A stretch of DNA of 64,000 nt, from the NCBI RefSeq assembly GCF_902652985.1, contig NC_047017.1, forward strand, positions 47,244,001-47,308,000. The letters are read 5' to 3'. Under the pieces are notes generated by a model, which worked only from the letters and a program-made list of their open reading frames with translations, was not told where the DNA came from and did not search any database. The stretch is from Pecten maximus (taxonomy: Eukaryota). Of the stretch, positions 37,411 through 50,386 are shown piece by piece; positions within the stretch are counted from its first letter, which is position 1, and the number at the start of each line of letters is the position of its first letter. The position numbers were made by a program, and so were the translations under genes.

Positions 37411-40341
37411 GTGAGGCTAGCCGACCCAAGCTGTTTATAAATAGTATGTGGTTAACTTTTTTGATGTATGGGTATCATCTATGTAACTGTTTATAAGTAT
37501 ATGTGGTCAACTTTTCCAGGTAGGGGTACCGTTAAACACATGGTTCTCAACACCCCGTATTAAGTACAGACACAATGTTTTGTATTGTAAAAGAATTTTG
37601 ATGTGAAAGTGCATTGCTGTAGTCACTGGTGTATCAAGGAAACTATAATATCTGGTCAGAATGAACATCACATATCATCACATCGATTTGGAATTAGCTA
37701 TCGCACACCTTCCATGTAATACTGGTGAGTCAGGCCCAAATTGTTTTCATACCATGTTGTGACCTGTCATTCATTCATGGTAGGGGACTATCAGGTACAT
37801 TCTGTGTTCTAAATATGGAGGACAGAAATAGGCCAGTTAGGGCAGCCATTGGAGTGTGACCATAGCCAGTCTCTTTGATGCATGGTTCATCGAGAATTGT
37901 TCATTATTTTAACTGCTGTTGCTAATTTCTTACTTCCTCTCGTTGGGATCTCGATTGTAAAGTGTTTAAAATTACCTGATTTTGTTGAGTATCTATAATC
38001 TATACCTATATTTATTTGTAATATATTTTGGGAGATATGTCACTGTTTACATTTAAATTTACATATATGGAAATCAGTTTACATGGGTGTAAAGTTCGTT
38101 TACAATTGCCGGTACAAAGATTAAAGATTAAATGAAATGGCTAGTATGTATGGAATTCAAATTTACAAATGCAGTTCATTTCATTGTAGACTGCGGTTCT
38201 AGTAGCACAGAGTCAGTGAATCGTTACATGAAACGATGTCAGGTCATGTTACATTTCTGTGGCTGAAACATATTACAAAAATGCTGAAAGAGATGTAAAT
38301 GGATTCAAGTTACGGCTTTGAATGTTTTTGTTTGGATAAACAAAACTGAGTCAACTTCTTATTTTGAATACTACGAAAACAAATAAGACTGACTGTCTTC
38401 CTCGGAGGCCTTTGTCATGACCGTTGAACATAAAGCTAGATTGAAATTCCCATAGAAACTAGCTACAGTATAAAGCATTTTAATTAACAAAAGTTCATTG
38501 ACATTAAGATCTATTGGAACATATTGAAATAAATTCATTCCTACTCAAGTGTATATACATGTATATGTAGACTGTGGCCCATATCTTTCTCAAAACACAT
38601 CTGTCAAAAGTCCTCAAACTTACAACTGTGAAAAATGTTTATAGCCTATGTTATCATCTATCGCAGCCAGTCCCAAACAATTTTTAAAGAAAGAAAAAAG
38701 TTGTTTTTAAAGATGTTTGTCAGATGAGGAATTTTGGAAAGTCATAACAAATATGTTATAACATATTTGAAAACATTCTTGGAATGTGGATGGTAAAGTG
38801 AAGGAAGTCTCCTTTACTGATATTACTGATATATGTTTTCTTGGCATTTAGGGAATTTGGAGATGTTAGTGATTGGAATGTGGGGGAAGTTAGGGATAAG
38901 AAGGATTATGTAATAACAGACAAGAGGACTATAGAACACTCGGGGCAAATCAAGATCTATTTGATGGTTGGTCTGGACAAGTCTTTCTTATTGCTAATGA
39001 TAATGTTTATCTAATATTTTAAACCAACAACATAATTAACTGAGAGTGCTGTTTTGGATTATTTTGACAGACGATGAAGAATGGTGGAAGTTTATGTCCA
39101 AACTGTTTAGTGTTGCTGCCATGTTTATCCAAAGAACATTTTGAAATAGCAACAGTGTATGTACTGTCCGTCATGGAAGTGTGTCATTTTTTATGCCCAA
39201 CTAAAAATTGAGTGTCATTTTGTGTCGCTGAACAAACTGACTTGGGGATGAGAGCTGTCAAATATACCATTATACTTCTATGAAGTGTCCTATTACAACA
39301 ACTGAAATGTCCAGCATGTCATATACATGTACATGATATATGAATGACATGATGATGTCACCACAGAAAAGACATTACAAGTCAAAAATATCTTCAAATG
39401 CAAGATATTCTTAAATCATCTTATGCAGAAATGGGGGCTTGTTTCAGACCTATTTATCATCTTATGCTGAAAGGGGACCAGTTTTAGGCCTACTGATCAT
39501 CTTATGCTGAAAGGGGACCAGTTTTAGGCCTACTGATCATTTTATACTGAAATAAGGACTTTGTTTAGACCTACTGATCATCTTAAAAGTCTTATGCTGA
39601 AATGGGGACTTGTTTCAGACCTGCTTAAAGAGATGGTACTGATGTATTGATAATCTCACTGTGTTATAAACAAATTAACTTTTCTATATCTGTAGAAGAG
39701 TATCATCCAATTGTCCTACTGGTACAGCCCTCTGATAATAATGTCTCTCCTGGATAGAAACTGACCAAGCTGTACTCTTATGATAGTTGTACCAACCCCA
39801 GAGTTATCAATGGCAATGAATCTAAGTAGAGACACTTTCCACATAACTTTCCAGATGATCCATACAGGGCCATATCAATCTGTATAAGATGTTTAGAATT
39901 CTACAAGTCTGTGCCGATAACCAATGAATCAAAGATATGTTTGGAGTTAAAACCGTTCCCAAGACTGTGAGACCAATGTAAGAAATGTTTTTGGCTCAAA
40001 TCCCAAAAAGTTTGCGTTATGTTTTAGAAATCCTCCCGAGATTCATCCTACATACATTCAATGTGTATTTCTGGGGTTTGTAAGGATGCTGAATATGATT
40101 CAGGTTTAAGGTATTGATGATAAAACCATTCGTCCCCTACCAGTGTTTTTAGTTGTGTGGTGTTGAAGTAATGATCTTGGAACTCTCCTGTGTTGTGTAA
40201 ACAAAACTGCAGACCACAATAGCGTTTAGATTACGTTGTGTACATTCCTTTATTGTTAAGGCAAAGTCAGAAAATACCAACTCTAAATGAATATCTTACT
40301 TTGATTAGAAAAAAAAAGTTTATACTAAATAATCTCAAGCT

Positions 40342-40602
40342 TACTGTAAAAGTTGTTTTTTCAGAGTGTTTTTTATTTGGGGAAATCATAAAAAATGTAC
40401 ATTAATCATTTTGGTTTAGGTTTACTCAAATTTTAGTGCCCTTACAAAATTTTGACAGATTAGCTTAAAGATGAATTGGTGCACTAATAATACTTCAATA
40501 GAAAATTTTAATTTAACATCTAAATCATGATTTAGCAGAAGGCCATCACCGCAAAAATTGCTAAAAATAAGATAACCGCGAAAAATATGTACATTTACAG
40601 TA
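40342..40602. mobile_element. Old MITE with TACTGTAAA...TTTACAGTA termini
   Basis: 9-bp perfect terminal inverted repeat with degenerate extension. Confidence 0.4.
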
Positions 40603-43600
40603 TCTTGAAAATAAAACCAGTGGAGATAGAGAAAGCTATTGTCAGTTTCATTGCAATAAAATAATTTCCATAATTTTTAGGAAAAATCGATAAATATGTT
40701 TCAAAGGATGATATAAAGGTGATGTAAGAGTATGTGTGAAGTCGGAACATAAAGCCATGGGTGTTATGATCACAGTATACTTACAGTTCCACTTCAGGAA
40801 CCAATAGAATAAATACCTCACATCCTGGTTATAATTTTGTTTCTATTTATGGCATCTTTTGAACTACTGCTGGATGGTTCAGTTGGAACCGAGGAAAATT
40901 GTTGAGTTGGAAAACCACATGCATGTATGATACCCAAAAATCAATCATAAATTAATTGTCATGTAGTTTAACATGGAGATGGCATTAATTGAAGTATATC
41001 TGAAGGCTATATAGTACGAGGTAAGTACTAGATACAACAATAATCTGTCTTAGTGACAGGTGAACCAGTACTTTCGTATGTCATTTATCATTGACCTACA
41101 AAACCTAATATCAGGAGAAAATGTATATAAACTGTAAGTAAAAACTTTTATATACTAAGATCAGGTAGAGTGCACATACATCAACATATGGTAAATTTTT
41201 GACCATTGATCATAGATTGATGATTTATGGGTTTAGCATGATAGATCTTCCCTGTGGAGATTAGAACAGATGATGACATCAGTACCAAATTATGATAAAT
41301 TCTCCAGGTGTATAAGGACCTAGGTACAGGTACCTCTGCCACTTTTATTTCTGGGGTGGCAACAGTTTGGCCACTAATTTGTAAACATGAGCTTATAAGG
41401 TGTTGGACAAAGACCTGCTGAAATTCTTGTAAATGATGGTTAAAATCGTCATGTATATCCAAACACTCCATTCCTAATAAGACAGCTATATGGTTGTATT
41501 CCTTTGCTATATTTTGCCATTTATTAGCCTGGACTCTACAAATTACACAGTGGTGGGGGAGGTACTAAAATGGCTGGCACCTCTAGATCTGTGTTCAATG
41601 CATTCTCCTTTATGACTTAATCTAAGGAACTACCATACTTTATCACGAGGGGTTGGGGTTCAGAGCTGCATATACCAGTAAATAAAACTAATAGAAAAGC
41701 TGGAGTAGCAAAACAACATGATTAAGTAATTTTCAATTTGTGTCTTTTTGCCTGTGGTCAACTATAAAAATTATCCTACTGGAAATGGAGTGTGGGTGTT
41801 GTTTGTGATTCCTGATTGTAATCTTTCCAAGCAGAAGCAATGAAATCAGTGCTTGCTATATATAGGGGTCAGTTTCCAGTGATTTCTGTGTCTCAGGGCT
41901 AATATATCAATGTTTATACAAGCTGTTATATTGTAAACAACAGAATTAGGTTGACAATAAAAGTTTGTTACACATCATTAAATTCAGTAGAAACATGTAA
42001 CCGAATTTATAACACCATGTAAACACTAAAAATCAGAGACCAAGACATATTCTGTTTAACCTTCAAATTGGCTTTTGAATGTCAGGCACACACCTTCAGA
42101 TGTGCCAAACAGATTCGAGAACAATCCTCCGGATATTTATCAACAGCTAGACTGGTAGGTAGTGTTGATTGTGTGGACTAAAGCTTTATACTTTTTACCT
42201 GTATAATGAGGCTTCAACACAAAGACTAATATACATTTATTCGAGTGTACAGATTATTATATACAGGATATCAGGGTTCGCCTTCCCTAAGTGTGATTTC
42301 TGGGTCAGAGTGATGATGTATCTTCTCGGTGTATTTTTAGGCGTATGTAAATAGTCATTATGTAATAGTATGCCACTGTGACATAACTAGACATCATTGA
42401 ACTTGTTATTGTTAATTCATTGAATTTAAAGAATTTCATTATGCTAGTTTGATTGAGGGATGTTTTTCATTTTAAATTCAAATGATTGATCTTTTTAAGG
42501 AAACAAAATGACATAGCAATATCAATGTGTACCACCTGGTTGACATTATATAATAGGATTGCATATATACCAGTTCACAAATTATGGATCACATACAGCT
42601 AATTAGGTATCAATTTGATAATTAATTCTTTATCAGTATTTGCAGATCTGATTTGACAATAGGGTTGCATTTTGTCCCTACCCACATATTAGTAGTAATC
42701 TCACATATAATTTAAAACAAATGATCATGGTCATGGCTAAGTGTTGCATGTTTCATTTATACAGCTCCATTGAATTTTAGTGGTTATATCTTGGAATGGT
42801 AGAATGTCACGTTGTACAGCATTTGATAAACATCATTATAGAATCAAATTCAACATATATGCCCCCAAGAGTTTGTCGAATTTTGTTTACAATTGTACCC
42901 ATTACTTGAATGTAATCTGTAATGCATTATATGCAGAGTTGTTGCCCTTTGTTTAACATGTAATAAGTGACTGGAATTATTTAATGGATTATCCTCATTT
43001 CTGAATCAAAGAAGGGTCATAGGGAACTAATCATATAGTGTTTCCTTATGCCTATTTTTTTCACATCAAATCATTTTGGTTTACAACAGGTATCTGTCCT
43101 TGTGTACGAGCATGTAATCTAATCAAATAAACTTTAATCCATTTGGGCACTACCAAGCTTTTTTTATGTCCATTAAATGTGAAAGTGCCTTTGAGCAATA
43201 CACACAAGTAGAACATTTTATGTTAATTTACAGAGGTCAGGAAAGCTAGCCTTTGATGTTCTGTACTACAGATGGTTTAAACACAGCCAAACACATTTGT
43301 AAATTAGTGGCAAGGGGTGGGGCAACACATGCAAAAAAAAGAAAATGAAATGTCCAAATTAAATAGATGTAACTCAAAATATGATTCATAAAAGTGGAAG
43401 AAACTCCCTGATATGAGAGATACTTCTGGGAATACTTGGTTTTATCGTGATCAGCTGCTTCACGCATCGTAATTCATTTGAAATTACCAAGTATTATTGC
43501 TGGTCACGAATAATTTTATTTGAGACTTTAAACAACATATATATCTGTGGTAATGAACGGTTATATGAAATAAATTGGGTGGGTTAATAACATTTTAATT

Positions 43601-44054
43601 AGTGATTAACTGAGATGTGTACTATTTCTATTAGGTAAATGATATTGATATTGTGGGACATCATAAAATATTGGGAGGGGTATATATAAACTCTAAAAAT
43701 AGAAACGGATTGTGAAAATGAGGTTTCCATAGAAAAGCATTTAAGAATTTTAAGAAAGTTTCTTAATTAAGATTTTCTCCTTAAATTCTGTAATGCTTTT
43801 TTACTGTGGACAATTTTTAAGATTTTCTCCTTCTGTAATGCTTTTTTACTGTGGACAATTTTTAAGTTCAGGAATTAAAGAATGTTGCTGGAAGAGGTAA
43901 AATGATGGCCTGTAGATTCTAGTAGGGTGGCCTGATCTAAGTGGTCATTCTTTTGGGTACCAAGTAAGTCAAAGAGAGCTGTTGTCACTTTGACTGTTTG
44001 CCCTTAGAAGATTTGTATTGTTTACATCATTGTATTATTAAAACATTTACATGA

Positions 44055-44420
44055 TTTTATGCCCCCCGCCATGAAATTGGGGAGGGGCATTATATACCGG
44101 TAGTGTTGCCCATGTCTGTCCTGTCCTGTCCTGTCCTGTCCTGTCCTGTCCTGTCCTGTCCCATCCTGATGCAATGTTTGTTTTGTTTAAAGTCCTATTA
44201 ACAGCCAGGGTCATTTAAGGATGTGCCAGGTTTTGGAGGTGGAGGATTAAGCCGGAGTACCCGGAGTACCCGGAGGTGGAGGGCTAGTGATAAAGTGCCA
44301 CCGCGGCCCCACTGATGCAATGTAACTAGCTAATCTCAGGAACTATTGGTACAATCCTCACCGGTGTCAAGTGGCAATGGGGGCATTTATGTCTTACAGA
44401 CATTTTACTACCTTTGTAGT
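44055..44420 (+). mobile_element. Short Helentron-associated (HINE-like) element interrupted by a SINE
   Basis: TTTTATGCCCCC start, (GTCCT)n microsatellite, complementary GGGGGCAT near the 3' end followed by a TGTC-TTACA-GACA hairpin. Confidence 0.6.
44178..44311 (-). mobile_element. Internally deleted tRNA-derived SINE with 12-bp target-site duplication
   Basis: TSD CTGATGCAATGT at 44166-44177 and 44312-44323; homologous to 46087-46303. Confidence 0.85.
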
Positions 44421-44437
44421 TGTTCTTTTTTCTTTTC

Positions 44438-45913
44438 TTTTTAGCCCACCATCATCAGATGGTGGGCTATTCAAATCGCCCTGCGTCCGTGGTCCGTCGT
44501 CCGTCCGTCCGTCCCTCCCTCCCTCCCTCCGTCCGTCCGTCCGTCCGTCCGTCCGTCCGTCCGTAAACAATTCTTGTTATCGCTAATCCTTAGAAAGTAC
44601 TGAAGGGATCTTTCTCAAATTTCATATGTAGGTTCCCCTTGGTGCCTAGTTATGCATATTGCATTTTGGGACCGATCGGAAAACAACATGGCCGACAGGC
44701 AGCCATCTTGGATTTTGACCATTGAAGTTTGTTATCGCTATTTCTGAGAAAGTACTGAAGGGATCTTTCTCAAATTTCATATGTAGGTTTCCCTTGGTGC
44801 CTAGTTATGCATATTGCATTTTGGGACCGATCGGAAAACAACATGGCCGACGGGCAGCCATCTTGGATTTTGACCATTGAAGTTTGTTATCGCTATTTCT
44901 AAGAAAGTACTGAAGGGATCTTTTTCAAATTTCATATGTAGGTTCCCCTTGGTGCCTAGTTATGCATATTGCATTTTGAGACCGATCTGAAAACAACATG
45001 GCCGACAGGCAGCCATCTTGGATTTTGACAATTGAAGTTTGTTATCGCTATTTCTGTGAAAGTACTAAAGGGATCTTTTTCATATTTGTTATGTAGGTTC
45101 CCCTTGGTGCTTAGTTATGCATATAGCATTTTGAGACCAATCGGAAAACAACATGGCCGACAGGCAGCCATCTTGGATTTTGACCATTAAAGTTTGTTAT
45201 TGTCATTTCTGAGAAAGTACTGAAGGGATCTTTCTCAAATTTCATATGTAGGTTCCCCTTGGTGCCTAGTAATGCATATCGCATTTTGGGACTGATCGGA
45301 AAACAACATGGCCGACAGGCAGCCATCTTGGATTTTGACCATAGAAGTTTGTCATCGCTATTTCTGAGAAAGTTCTGATTGGATCTTTCTCCAATTTCAT
45401 ATGTAGGTTCCCCTTGGTGCCTAGTTATGCATATTGCATTTTGAGACCAATCAGAAAACAACATGGCCGACAGGCAGCCATCTTGGATTTCGAAAATTGA
45501 AACTGGTTATCACTATTACTAAGAAACTAATGAAGGGATCTTCCTGAAATTTCATATGTAGGTTCCCCCAGGTGCCTAGTTATGCATATTGCATTTTGAG
45601 ACCAATCGGAAAACAACATGGCCGACAAGCAGCCATCTTGGATTTTGACAATTGAAGTTTGTTATCACTATTTCTCAGAAAGCACTGAAGGAATCTTTCT
45701 CAAATTCCATATATATAGGTTCCCCTTGGTGCCTAAATCTTAAATTTTATATATAGGTTTCCCTTGTTTGAAAAGTACTAGAGGTTTCTTCTGAGTTTAC
45801 ACAGATTAGTAAGACTTAGAAGAAGAGAAAAGTAGAGAAAAGATCAATCTGACATGGAACCTATGAAGAACATTCAATGGTGGGCGCCAAGATCCCTCTG
45901 GGATCTCTTGTTT
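44438..45913 (+). mobile_element. Helentron-associated non-autonomous element (HINE-like) carrying a 155-bp satellite array
   Basis: 5' hairpin AGCCCACCATC-ATCA-GATGGTGGGCT, (GTCC)n, ~7.5 copies of a 155-bp unit (44576, 44731, 44886, 45041...), subterminal ATGGTGGGC and 3' hairpin AGATCCC-TCT-GGGATCT; T-rich flanks. Confidence 0.85.
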
Positions 45914-46086
45914 ATTCACAGAATTAATTTGTTAGAAATGAAGCTTGGATTAAATGCAGGAAAATCTTAAATATATTCAGTGACACATTGTATATGGAAA
46001 ATGAGGGGGAAAGGGTAATTGAATGCAGGAAAGAGGAGCTAGAATATGTCCCTAAATAGTACTACATGTGTACATCCTGTTCAAGC

Positions 46087-46303
46087 TTGTTTGTTTTTGT
46101 TTAACGTCCTACTAACAGCCAGGGTCATTTAAGGACGTGCCAGGTTTGGAGGTGGAGGAAAGCCGGAGTACCCGGAGAAAAAACCACCGACCTACGGTCA
46201 GTACCTGGCAACTGCCCCACGTAGGTTTCGAACTCGCAACCCAGAGGTGGAGGGCTAGTGTTAAAGTGTCGGGACACCTTAACCACTCGACCACCGCGGC
46301 CCC
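46087..46303 (-). mobile_element. Full-length tRNA-derived SINE (V-domain-like) with 12-bp target-site duplication
   Basis: Minus strand GGGCCGCGGTGGTCGAGTGGTTAAGG (A box), GTTCGAAACC (B box), body TTCTCCGGGTACTCCGGCTTTCCTCCACC, (AAAC)n tail; TSD TCCTGTTCAAGC at 46075-46086 and 46304-46315. Confidence 0.92.
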
Positions 46304-47287
46304 TCCTGTTCAAGCACAGGGTAATTTATATGTAGTAGTATATACTAGTTAAATGTTAATGAATGGTTTTGAACATCTGTTATGGTGTTTATAGACTTTG
46401 TACAAGTATAAAAGGAAATTAAGATTTGACTTGTGATAATATTACATTCTGTCCCAAAGCATTTCATGAAACTGGAAATAAAAAATGTTTTCAGAAACTG
46501 GAAAAAAATATTCAGAAATTTTGTTTAATTCTGATTTCAAAAATTATATACAAATGCACACATACACGCTAGAGAGCCTGATCAATGGATTTTTCGCTAG
46601 TTATTGTGGGAGAATATAAAGTTGACGCCAATACTTAGGTACACTGGTACACCAGTAGGAAAAGCTGTCAGTATAATCACAGTCATTGCACACTTTAATT
46701 ATACCAAACCTTCAAGCTGAAGGAACATTAATGTTATAATGTACATAGTAATAATAATGATATCTCATTATATATATATAGTTCTAAACAAATCTACAGA
46801 CCATAAGACTCAATTCCATATTGAAATTGGCAGTTTCCTGAAATCAATTCCTTTTTAAAAATCCTATGAATGTCATTGGTTTATTTCAAACAATGAAGAT
46901 GCTATCATTATGGTGATAATTGTTTTCTATAAATATTTAGTTTCCTGCCAAATATTGCCTGACAGATCTGACACATCTGTGTTATAATTGGATAAATTCA
47001 CCACACAGGCCCAGTCCCTACTCCTTGAAAGTGCCTTTATCCTGTATATGGGAATAGAATGAAGATTATCACAATGTCCCCGAAACCAGGATTAACAAAA
47101 AAGTGAAAGTGAAATGTATGAAGCAATTTTTTGTTGACATATTTATCAAGCAGTAGTTGATATTTTATAAAATTTATTATGTATTTAGTGAGATATGTAA
47201 ATGCAGTGATACCTAAGTTGTATAAGTCTTATGATTGAATTATTGCTCCATCTTGTTGGTCTGTCAGTTACACATGTACTTAAGTTA

Positions 47288-47322
<35 letters not shown>

Positions 47323-48908
47323 GACATTGTACTTTTGTTACCTGCCTCTTTGTCTGTCCATCTCTGTCACACATGTACTTCAGTTAGGCTCTATTTTGGT
47401 GAATGGCAATATGCAAGGGGTTGCAAATTTATGATCAAGGAGTTATAATAGAAGGAAATGGTTTGTTGTCAGTTGTGAGGGCGGTGGTAGTATCCGGTGG
47501 CGATAGGCTGAAGGGCACTGTGTACAGAGACCGCATCATGTCTGGGATATATTTATAACAGGGTTGAAGATTTTCTGGTCAGGATCATCATTAATATTGC
47601 TTTTATGAAGTAGACATATTGTGGGGGGATAGTTGAAGGAAGAGGGGGAAGATTTATGGGATCAAGTTGGTACAGTCTGCACATGTTGAGGATGGGACCG
47701 GAGATGCAGGTGCCTTGTCACCATTAATGTAGTGGGGAGCAGGTTTATGTATAGAGAGGTTAGCAGGCTAATTACACTTACTAGGAGATGGATAGCTTTG
47801 AAATGAGGGAAGAAAGCTGTACACATGCTTGTCATCATGACTTTATTGTCTCCCTTGTTGTCGATAATGAGTACAGAAATGTGCTGTATAAACGACCCTA
47901 AAGAGCTCTGGATATTGTTGTTTATTACAGGCTGTATTGGTATACAGGTGATGAAGGGTATAGCTGTATCGTTAGAGTAATTACACAAGTATATAATAAT
48001 CAAGCATAAATGAGGCTACGTACTTAGAATATTTGTTGCATTGCTTTGGTGTGGAAAATTGTCAGCTTCTTACTGAAATATTATTTTCTTGAAAAACATG
48101 TACAAATTATTTCATGTTTAATGTCTAAAATTTATTTATCTGATTTATTATACATTTCATTTTGGATGTAAATATCAATAATTTTGGAAAAAAATTAAAA
48201 AGGAAAAAAAGTAATATTTTGGTATAACACTTACCTTTTGGTGCAGTGGACCAATGAGAATGTATTGTAATGAGAAAAAAAGATGGCCTGCATCCTGCCA
48301 GTCATATCCAGGTACATAACATTAGTGGCACTGATGAACTTTTGTGGGAAAGTGCAGTCTCCACTCATTATGTGGAATGTAGCTGTACATGTGTTGATGG
48401 AGAAGGATGTGAGGAAGCAGACAAAATATACATAATACAGAGGAAAAAACCGGGTTGGTGATCTGGTAAACTTGACATAGCTTCTTTATATGTCTGAATA
48501 GTTACACCTTTGATTCTTTAAGAAAACCTACTGTTAACCTATTGAATATATTTCTGTCGGGATAATTGTGTAGAAATCATAAAAAAAAAAATTCACCTTT
48601 GTCAATTATTACAAATTAAAAAACTAAAATGTTTACAAAATATAGATTAAACTATTTTGTATGTATCATATTGATGAATCTGGTCTTTATTAAATTAACA
48701 TGCTTGAAAAACCAATGAGTACATTGTCCACAATTCTACCGGTATTATAATATTGTTAGGTACATATCATGGCTGTTCTTGTTATACTTATAATGCGTGT
48801 TTGAGCTCAGACTTAATTCCATTCAAGTCTTCCAGAAGATCTGTTTTGGATTTTAAAAAGTGTTTAGGCTTACACTTCAGCTAAATACAGGTCTCAGAAG
48901 AGGCATCG

Positions 48909-49042
48909 ATTGTTAATCATCACAGTTTCTAGGTATATATCCAGTAGTACATCTATTGTTAATCATCACAGTTTCTAGGTATATATCCAGTAGTACATCT
49001 ATTGTTAATCATCACAGTTTCTAGGTATATATCCAGTAGTAC
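48909..49042. repeat. Tandem repeat, 46-bp unit x3
   Basis: ATTGTTAATCATCACAGTTTCTAGGTATATATCCAGTAGTACATCT. Confidence 0.9.
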
Positions 49043-49604
49043 ATTGACCATATGTTTATTTATGTTTGTTTGCTGATATCAGGGAGCTTTTCCTACAGCA
49101 CAAAGACATGCACATGGAAGATCAGAGAAAACTATGTAGAACAGCAGTTCAGTGCACTAATGGTCAAGGGTAAAATCTGCTGGAGTCACGGGGCAATCCT
49201 GATGGGGTTTACCAGCTTGAGTATGGCCTTGCATGTAGTTGTTTATGGGTAACTGTACAATAGCTTTGTGAAAACATTGGCTTATCAGGAAAGTGCTTGT
49301 GATTTATCAGGCATTATCAGAGAACTTGTTTAATCTAACTTATCTAAAGGAGATAAAAAGACACATGTGTATTCCAACAGTTATCACCTAAGCTATAAAT
49401 ATAGCATTTGGACCCCAATTGTTCATCTCATTGCATGGACAGCTTGATGTTTAATGCCCTGACCTGTTCCCATACCTCGGGAAAGAGGATATTTACATGG
49501 AAGATGTGGAAATGTTAAGATTACAGATAAGATGGCAGATACTGCTTGGTTTGATAGTATCAGTGGTGTGGACAACAATGGTGTCTAGTGTGTGTTGTCA
49601 CCAA

Positions 49605-50386
49605 TAGTGATACAGGGAGACTCGTAAGTTGATACAGGGAGACTCGTCACCTATAGTGATACTGGGAGACTCGTCACCGATAGTGATACAGGGAGACTCG
49701 TCACCGATCGTGATACTGGGAGACTCGCCACCGATAGTGATACAGGGAGACTCGATACAGGGAGACTCGTAAGGGGATACAGGGAGACTCGTAAGGGGAT
49801 ACAGGGAGACTCGATAGAGATACAGGGAGACTTGGAAGATGATACAGGGAGACTCGTAGGGTGATACAGGGAGACTCGATAGAGATACAGGGAGACTCGT
49901 AAGGTGATACAGGGAGACTCGTAAGGTGATACAGGGAAACTCGTAAGGTGATACAGGGAGACTCGTAAGGTGATACAGGGAGACTTGTCACCGATAGTGA
50001 TACTGGGAGACTCGTCACCCATAGTGATACTGGGAGACTCGATAGTGATACAGGGAGACTCGATAGTGATACAGGGAGACTCGTAAGGTGATACAGGGAG
50101 ACTCGTAAGGTGATACAGGGAGACTCGTAAGGTGATACAGGGAGACTCGTAGGGTGATACAGGGAGACTCGTAGGGTGATACAGGGAGACTCGTAAGGTG
50201 ATACAGGGAGACTCGTAAGGTGATACAGGGAGACTCGTAAGGTGATACAGGGAGACTCGTAAGGTGATACAGGGAGAATCGTAAGGTGATACAGGGAGAC
50301 TTGTCACCGATAGTGATACAGGGAGACTCGTAAGGTGATACAGGGAGACTTGTCACCGATAGTGATACAGGGAGACTCGTAAGGTG
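49605..50386. repeat. Minisatellite, 22-bp unit GTGATACAGGGAGACTCGTAAG with 21- and 29-bp variants
   Basis: More than 30 copies; source of spurious minus-strand ORFs. Confidence 0.95.

Noticed and set aside
49651-50356. Repetitive ORFs here, and similarly at 5.0-5.9, 6.3-6.9, 17.3-17.8, 26.1-26.4 and 61.5-62.0 kb
   Set aside because: Translations of minisatellites, with no splice or homology support
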